Assembly: GCA_051874735.1 (NCBI GenBank)
Contig: JBJEGD010000021.1
Coordinates: 1-10,230, forward strand
Reading direction: 5' to 3'
DNA from: Candidatus Bruticola sp.
GTDB taxonomy: Bacteria; Vulcanimicrobiota; Xenobia; Xenobiales; Xenobiaceae
Length of the DNA: 10,230 nt
Part shown: positions 1 through 6,500 of the stretch, piece after piece
How the letters are laid out: the number at the start of each line of letters is the position of its first letter
Position numbering within the stretch: position 1 is the stretch's first letter
The notes under the pieces: generated by a model
The model's input: only the letters and a program-made list of their open reading frames with translations
Databases searched by the model: none
What the model was told of the DNA's origin: nothing
Made by a program: the position numbers and the translations under genes

Positions 1-1354
1 ATCTGCCCGGTGTCAAGATGAAATCCTGCTTTTCGATTTCCTGAAGGTCGGCAACCGCACAAAAGCCCTTGACATTTTCCAGCGTGCCTTCTTGGAACTG
101 CCCGAAAGTGTCGGCCAACTTTTGAATGTCCTCTTCGGCAAAGTCGCGGTGCTTGCGGTCAACCATATAGCCCATCTTGCGAGCGTCAATAAATAGCGTT
201 TTGCCTTTCTGCTTCTTGTTCTTTGAAATAAACCAAAGAGTTACCGGAATAGTCACACTATAAAAAAGCTGAGTCGGCAAAGCGATAATGCCTTCCACCA
301 GATCAGCTTGAATAATCTTCTTTCTGATTTCGCCCTCGCCGCTAGATTGAGAAGACAGAGCGCCGTTAGCCAGAACCAAGCCAATTTTTCCATTGGGCGC
401 TAGATGGTGGATCATATGTTGAATCCAGGCGTAGTTAGCATTACCAGCAGGCGGCATTCCATACTGCCAACGCACGTCGTCTTTAAGTTTATCCTGTCCC
501 CAGTTAGATAAGTTAAAAGGCGGATTAGCCATAATAAAATCGGCTTTTAAGGTTTTATGCAAATCATTAAAAAATGTATCCGCCTGATACGGCCCTAAAT
601 CGGCATCTATACCGCGAATGGCCATATTCATTTTAGCCATTTTCCAAGTATCAGCATTAGACTCCTGACCATAGACGGCTATTTCTCCACGTTTGCCGCT
701 GTGAGCCTGAATAAACTGCGCACTCTGCACAAACATACCGCCGGAACCGCAACAAGGATCGTAAACACGACAATTTTTAAAAGGCTTTAAAACAGCTACA
801 ATAGTTTTCACAATACTGGCCGGAGTGTAAAATTCGCCGCCCTTAACACCTTCATAAGCGGCAAACCGCTGGATACAGTATTCATAAGTTCGGCCTAGTA
901 AATCTTGGCTTTTTTCCGTGTCGACCATATCCATATTAGTAAACAGGTCGACTACATCGCCCAAAACGCGCTTATCTAAATCGGGGCTGGCATAATTTTT
1001 AGGCAAAACATTCTTTAACAATTTAACTTCCAACTCAATAGACCTCATAGCTTCATCGAGCACTAAGCCTATTTCTGGAGTATGGGCAGCGGCGGCAATA
1101 GTAGACCAACGGGCTTTTTCTGGCACAAAGAAAATATTTTCCGCCAAGTATTCATCGCGATCTTCGGCCACAAATTGGCCTTCGGGCAAAAGCTCCTGAT
1201 AAAGTTTATCAAAAGCTACAGAAATATAACGAAGGAAAATTAAACCGATAATAACTTTTCTATATTCAGCTGCCGGTATATGTCCCCACAAAACGCAGGC
1301 GGCGTCCCAAATTTGCTTTTCAAATCCGATAGTTGCACTAGTTTTTCTGGCCAT
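1..1354 (-). CDS. hsdM: Type I restriction-modification system DNA methyltransferase subunit M (N6-adenine), 3'-partial (runs off the window)
   Basis: Not in the ORF track; translated by hand from ATG at 1354-1352: MARKTSATIGFEKQIWDAACVLWGHIPAAEYRKVIIGLIFLRYIS...DLLGRTYEYCIQRFAAYEGVKGGEFYTP...VYDPCCGSGGMF (SAM-binding motif I, ~737-763)...YGQESN...DFIMANPPFN (catalytic motif IV NPPF, 515-526)...PPAGNANYAWIQH...LFIDAR...FILTPGR. The frame is open for 451 codons to the window edge, with the typical HsdM N-terminal domain plus N6-MTase domain. Confidence 0.96.
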   Translation of the reverse strand, partial: MARKTSATIGFEKQIWDAACVLWGHIPAAEYRKVIIGLIFLRYISVAFDKLYQELLPEGQFVAEDRDEYLAENIFFVPEKARWSTIAAAAHTPEIGLVLDEAMRSIELEVKLLKNVLPKNYASPDLDKRVLGDVVDLFTNMDMVDTEKSQDLLGRTYEYCIQRFAAYEGVKGGEFYTPASIVKTIVAVLKPFKNCRVYDPCCGSGGMFVQSAQFIQAHSGKRGEIAVYGQESNADTWKMAKMNMAIRGIDADLGPYQADTFFNDLHKTLKADFIMANPPFNLSNWGQDKLKDDVRWQYGMPPAGNANYAWIQHMIHHLAPNGKIGLVLANGALSSQSSGEGEIRKKIIQADLVEGIIALPTQLFYSVTIPVTLWFISKNKKQKGKTLFIDARKMGYMVDRKHRDFAEEDIQKLADTFGQFQEGTLENVKGFCAVADLQEIEKQDFILTPGR

Positions 1355-1366
1355 TTTTTATTATTG

Positions 1367-1370
1367 CTCC
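1367..1370 (-). promoter_or_regulatory. Probable Shine-Dalgarno site for hsdM
   Basis: Minus strand reads GGAG-CAATAATAAAAA-ATG: GGAG 12 nt upstream of the ATG at 1354. The spacing is somewhat long and the spacer is A-rich. Confidence 0.55.
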
Positions 1371-1393
1371 GTATTGTAAAATTAAAGCCCAGG

Positions 1394-1430
1394 TGGCCCG
1401 CCTGACTTTGGCTGCTCATAAGGCGGGCCA
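1394..1430. terminator. GC-rich intergenic stem-loop (possible terminator, attenuator or mRNA-stabilising hairpin)
   Basis: TGGCCCGCCT (1394-1403) and AGGCGGGCCA (1421-1430) form a perfect 10-bp inverted repeat around a 17-nt loop, starting 10 nt after the UvrD-like stop codon. There is no immediately adjacent U-tract on the minus strand (CCTGGGCTTTAATTTT follows), so the terminator role is uncertain. Confidence 0.5.
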
Positions 1431-1440
1431 GCTACATTTT

Positions 1441-3591
1441 TCAGTCTGCAAACTTTTGCAGCAAAGGTGAAACAGCGCCATAACTCGTCAAATACACGCA
1501 TTTTTGCGCTCTCGTCATGGCAACATAGAGCAAACACCTTTCGGCAGCGACAAGATCATCAGCCGTAGAACTATTTAAAATAAACTTTTGTGGCACTACA
1601 CCTTCATTGACCGAGGCAATAAATACATATTTAAACTCTAACCCTTTAACTCGGTGCATAGTAGCCAATCGGACGCCGCCTAAAGCGCGATTGTCCACCT
1701 GATTCTGGCTTATAACGCTGCAATCTATCCCCGCTTTTTTGAGTAATTTACCATAATTGTCTACCAGTTCGCGGGTACGCACGACCAAACAAATATCCGC
1801 TAACAGTTCGCCGTCCGACTTCAGCTTTTTAATTTCCTGAACAATAAATTCTAATTCCTCAGACTCATTTTTAAAGTTTTTAATAATAGGATAACTGCCA
1901 TGCGTCAAGGAGCAGCATTTATCTTTGCTCCCCTCGTCTTCCCCGTCGAGATCATCGAAGGAAAGACCCTCCAAAAGGGCAAAAGCACATTTTCTAGTCT
2001 CTTCCGTAGTGCGGTAATTAATTTTTAAAATACGACTCCGTCCGCGCACATTAATACCGCATTTAGATAAAACGGGATAATTAGCATAAATGCGCTGGTG
2101 CGAATCGCCTACAATAAATATATCGTTAGGATGCTCTTGACCGGCTAAAGCCCTGAGCAGCCGATAAGCGCTCCAGCTAAAATCTTGCCCTTCATCAACA
2201 ATTATATGCTCATAATGATATTGGTTTTGATCAGCCAAAATAAGCCTAGTGCAGTCATACATGGCCGCGTTAATATCACGCACTTTCTCCCCATTCATAA
2301 GAAGCAGATAATTTTGGAAAACTTGCCACACTTTTAAGCGATCTTTGCGGTTTAGCCTAATTCCACAGCCATTACGGGAAGCTTTGATATAATTCTCTAA
2401 AGAATTAACTTCCTGCGCCATAGCTACACGATTCCATTCGTTTTTATAAAAGTCCGTATCAACTGAAGGCAGATCGGAATCAGACAAAGCTATAGCCTTT
2501 TCCCACAGTTCATTCACTCTGTCACCGTAAATAATATCTACATGGAAGCTGGAAGTTTTGAAAAAACGGCTGACCCAAGCATCAAGATTAATAACTTCAA
2601 TACGGCCCATCTCTTCGGCAGAACAGATCTTTTTAAGGCTGTTGAGAATGTCGGCCGCCAAATTTTTAGTAAAAGTTGTAAATAAAATTTTATTATTGCT
2701 GTCTTTAGCCTGGGCCGCCAAATATTTGGCTCTGTGCATGGCTACCACCGTTTTGCCTGTGCCGGCCGAGCCCAAAACGCGGGCCGATCCGTTATAGTTG
2801 CGAGTAACAGCATCACGCTGCAGAGGATGGAGAAAAACGCGCCATTTTTCCAAGGGAGCAGCCATAATGCGCTGTAAATCGGCGTCATTGTCAACAATAG
2901 TAAAGTAGCTGCCTGAAGCTAAGGTACGCACTGCCTGAGCTAAATTAGCTTGCGAGCCGTTTGAACTAGCCAAGACCGGCTTATCACTTTGCGATTGGAT
3001 TTCGCTCAGTTCACGACAGTAGTCCAATACTTCGCGCAAAGGGATACCTTCGACAAAAAAGGCCAGCCTTTCGTACACGTCATGGGAAAGAACTTCTTGG
3101 GAGCGGTAAAAATCGGGCTTACTTACAAAACTTCTGACGTATGGAATTAAATCGTTAGGTACTCCCAATTCTTTAAGCTGACCATCAGACCAAGCAGCAA
3201 AGAGAGGTTCAGCGTCCGTTTTCGACTGACTTGGCAAATAGCTCTCTTCAGAGCAAACATAAATTTGCAGAGCGCCGCTGGCGGGATTGACGGAGCAGCA
3301 TCTTTTCATAGCCCAATCGTAAGCTTTATCGTGCTTATCGACCCATAAAAGCAAATAAGTGCCCGTCTCCTTCTGGCGCACCACAATACAGCGGTAACAA
3401 TCGTCGATGCGCACTGAACAAAGTTGGCTGTCAGCTGCGCCGGCAATTCGTTCGTAATTAAAGCCGGGCAAGCTGGGATCAGTTTGAAATTTAACTACAA
3501 AATCGCTAACTTTTTTTCTTATGGAAGACGACAACTTAGCGTAAGCTTTCATAAAACCGCTGTAAATAGCTACCGTAACTTTTTTATCCAT
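1441..3591 (-). CDS. UvrD/REP-family SF1 helicase with N-terminal RelE/ParE-like domain (~716 aa; candidate accessory helicase of an ARMADA/DISARM-like defence system)
   Basis: SF1 motifs: Q-motif FLHPLQ, Walker A GSAGTGKT (~2749-2772), Ia FTTFTKNLA, Walker B IIVDEGQD (~2182-2205), III VGDSHQRIY, IV LKINYRTT, V TMHRVKGLEF, VI LLYVAMTRA. Start moved from the track's 3642 to the ATG at 3591 (MDKKVTV...) because AAGGAG lies 10 nt upstream and the ATG overlaps the preceding stop (ATGGATAA). Confidence 0.92.
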   Translation of the reverse strand: MDKKVTVAIYSGFMKAYAKLSSSIRKKVSDFVVKFQTDPSLPGFNYERIAGAADSQLCSVRIDDCYRCIVVRQKETGTYLLLWVDKHDKAYDWAMKRCCSVNPASGALQIYVCSEESYLPSQSKTDAEPLFAAWSDGQLKELGVPNDLIPYVRSFVSKPDFYRSQEVLSHDVYERLAFFVEGIPLREVLDYCRELSEIQSQSDKPVLASSNGSQANLAQAVRTLASGSYFTIVDNDADLQRIMAAPLEKWRVFLHPLQRDAVTRNYNGSARVLGSAGTGKTVVAMHRAKYLAAQAKDSNNKILFTTFTKNLAADILNSLKKICSAEEMGRIEVINLDAWVSRFFKTSSFHVDIIYGDRVNELWEKAIALSDSDLPSVDTDFYKNEWNRVAMAQEVNSLENYIKASRNGCGIRLNRKDRLKVWQVFQNYLLLMNGEKVRDINAAMYDCTRLILADQNQYHYEHIIVDEGQDFSWSAYRLLRALAGQEHPNDIFIVGDSHQRIYANYPVLSKCGINVRGRSRILKINYRTTEETRKCAFALLEGLSFDDLDGEDEGSKDKCCSLTHGSYPIIKNFKNESEELEFIVQEIKKLKSDGELLADICLVVRTRELVDNYGKLLKKAGIDCSVISQNQVDNRALGGVRLATMHRVKGLEFKYVFIASVNEGVVPQKFILNSSTADDLVAAERCLLYVAMTRAQKCVYLTSYGAVSPLLQKFAD

Positions 3592-6500
3592 GGCTGAGTT
3601 TCTCCTTAAAATATTGGAAAGCTTCGGAAGCTTTAAGCACAATGTGCCATCCTTGCGCCTCCATAACGTTTTTATCTTTAAGTTGTTGCTCGGTCATAAA
3701 GCCGATCTTTAAATCGGGCCAAGCAATTTCAATAGAGGCGGCAACTTTGCGGCCGCCTTTCTCGCTGTAATCGCAGCCTATATCATTTTCATTAGGCGCC
3801 GGAATCCCCAGACAACGGGCTTCTGTGGCAAACTCCTTAGCTTCTTCATCGAACAGCTGATCTGCTATAATGGGATCCCAAGCATTATATTCTGAAGCCT
3901 CTTCCTGCAGCCCCGAACTACCTTCAGAACGCGAACTGTCGATAGGCAGTTTTTCATAAATGCCCTCATTTAAGCCTTTTAAAGATACTCCCACAAAGTT
4001 AAAGCCGAACTGCATTAAATTAACACAGTGCCAAAAACCATTCCAATCTTGTTCAAAACGGCTGGAGCGTTTCGCTAAATCGTCCAAAACAGCATAAACT
4101 ACTACTTCACCCTTCTTCACACGCTCGGACAAAAGGCCGGCGTAAATACTCAAACTACAGCAATCGCGCTGAATCCAAGTTCCGTAATAGGCGTTATCAT
4201 TTTGAAATTCGGTACCTGTAAAACCAGTTTGTTCTTTAACTCTAGCAAATTCTTGGCACCAGGAAACAAATTTTTCCCGATTCTGTCCGGGCCGAGTGTC
4301 TAACAACAAATAAGCCAAAAGGCGCACATAATCGCCGAAGGACTTTTCCGCTCTAGGTTGGCCCAAATACTCAAATAACATATCTAAACTATTCAAATCG
4401 TACAACTTGCCCAAATCTAATTTTTGGGCTTTTCTACTGTACTGTTCCGCAAAGATTCTGCTAGCTCTAGAGGGCAGCTCGCCTAAAGCGTTAGTAAAAT
4501 AATCGGTACCTTGGTTGGAAAAAACGCTTTGCACATCTTTGTAACTCAAAGACCAAACGCGGAAATGGCCGCTGCGGCGTATAGCTTCTCTTTTTAACGT
4601 ATCTTCAGCAGCGATATTGTTATGATAGGTAAATCCATCGGTAAAAACAGCTACTGGCTTATGGTCCTCACTACTGCAGACGGGCCAAAAGACAAAATCG
4701 GGTTTGCAAGGTTCACATACTCCCCAATTTTCATTATTAAGAGAGACTTGCGGCTCAATATCCCAGAAAATACCGTTAAGGTTAAGGCGGTAACAGTGTT
4801 TGCCATTGCGCACAATATCGCTGATATTGCCGACCCCAACTTTTATGCCTACAGCCTCAATAAAACGACGCTCTAACTCGCTGTCAAAAAGTGATTCCAC
4901 TTTTATAGAATTGAGCCGATTTATTTCTTCGATGTTATCCTGGCCAGACAGAATAGACTTAAGCATACGTATAGCTGCCGCTCGAGAAATCTCCTTAATA
5001 TGATCGCTCACAGAGTAAGCAAATAAGCAATGATAACAGCCATCTTTGTTTGGGTCGTTCTTGCAGCTGCAATTTTCCATAACTTGCAGAGCTTTATTAA
5101 AAATATCAATTAAAGCCGTTTTTTCATGCATCAGCTGCTTCAGGTAGCCCGTACCGCCAGGTACAGAATCGTAAATAACTAAATATTGCTTGCGGCTGTC
5201 TCCTCCATCGGCAGGCACTTTGCTAACAGCGGTCCGCAACTGATCGATACTGCCGAAATACTCTTTCATGCCTAACATAAAGGCGGCGGTAAACGATTCT
5301 AATTTTGTCGAACTGGAATCAGCGGTAGTAGCGGGGATGAGCATGCGCAGTACTTCAGTCGTAAATTCGCGGTACAGGAAAATGCAATCCATGTAATTAT
5401 CTGAGTTGATAATGTCGTTTTTTAAACCGCATTCGTAAGTATGGTTGGGTTTATCGCCCATCTGAATTTTGCCGCAATTAAGACAGACTCGGAAGCCGGC
5501 TGCCCCTACCTCTTCACCGGAAACGCGCAGGGAGTTGCCAATTTGTCCTAGTTCACCAAAATTAATTTCCCGCAAAGTAGCCTTTTTAACGAATTCGTAG
5601 CCGAAGGGAAAATCTTCGTTTTTCATGCTGTAAGCTTTGTCGATGTCGTGCTCTTCATCGACATCGACCAGCAGCTGCCGGAAGTAATGAGTATTAAGCC
5701 GATCTTCACTGTCGTCCGTAATAAGGCTATCCTTACAATTCATGGTTGAATAGACCATTCGAACTTTTAGCATACTGCGCACCTGACCTTTATCAGCCCA
5801 GGCGCGGCAGCCGCATTTGGGGCAGAAGGAAGTATGGTTCGACTCTTCGTTAAGCTCTCCGTGAGCGCATTCGGGGCACAGGCGCCACTGTTCAAGCTTA
5901 GCCGTGTACAGATCGACCTGATCTATATTTAAACGGTGACCTTCAGCATAAAAAGTATTGAGAGGGGCAAATTCAGCAATAGCGGAAGAAGCAGGGCGCC
6001 GATAATCGTAGCCCAGCTTCTCATATTTTTTGCGGCTCGATTTTTTCTTTACTTTCTGTTCTAGGTCATCTAACTGAGACTCGGCTGAAGCGCCTTCCGA
6101 CACTTTTTCCGCAGCCGTTGTCGGCGCTGTAGCTTGGGTTGACGCTAGTCTCGTCGCCTTCAGAGCCTCCTCTTCGTCGGAATCATCATCTTTGCGGAAC
6201 AAAACGGCCTGTAAAATAATGCCCGCTTCAGGAAACGCATAGTTAGGCAGCACCCCTTCATCAGAAAGAAAATTAAAAATATTCTTCTTATGTAAGTCGC
6301 GCAATATATTAGTAAAGGCGTCTTTTCTTCGTTGTAATTCTCTTATAGTTTTATCGTGCGAGCTATCTTTGGGCTTTTCTTTATACTCTTTGATACTGTT
6401 TTTTAATTCTATGCACTTAGCGCGTATTGAATCCTGATGAATTTGTAAACCTTCAAACGCACTTATAATATGCCTATACATAGGGGTATGCTCCGGATCT

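Noticed and set aside
1373-1378. TACAAT -10-like hexamer upstream of hsdM on the minus strand
   Set aside because: No -35-like element or extended -10 at the proper spacing (that position falls in the GC-rich hairpin arm), and it lies almost on top of the SD; too weak to call a promoter.
2558-2797. 79-aa plus-strand ORF
   Set aside because: Antisense shadow of the conserved UvrD Walker A region, with no recognisable motifs or RBS.
3592-3642. N-terminal extension MCLKLPKLSNILRRNSA of the 733-aa ORF
   Set aside because: It overlaps the upstream gene by 59 nt; the ATG at 3591 has a strong SD and a coupling-type overlap.
4622-5003. Short ORFs 4622-4876 (+), 4651-4839 (-) and 4800-5003 (+)
   Set aside because: All lie inside the motif-bearing nuclease region of the large helicase and have no recognisable protein features; most likely spurious.
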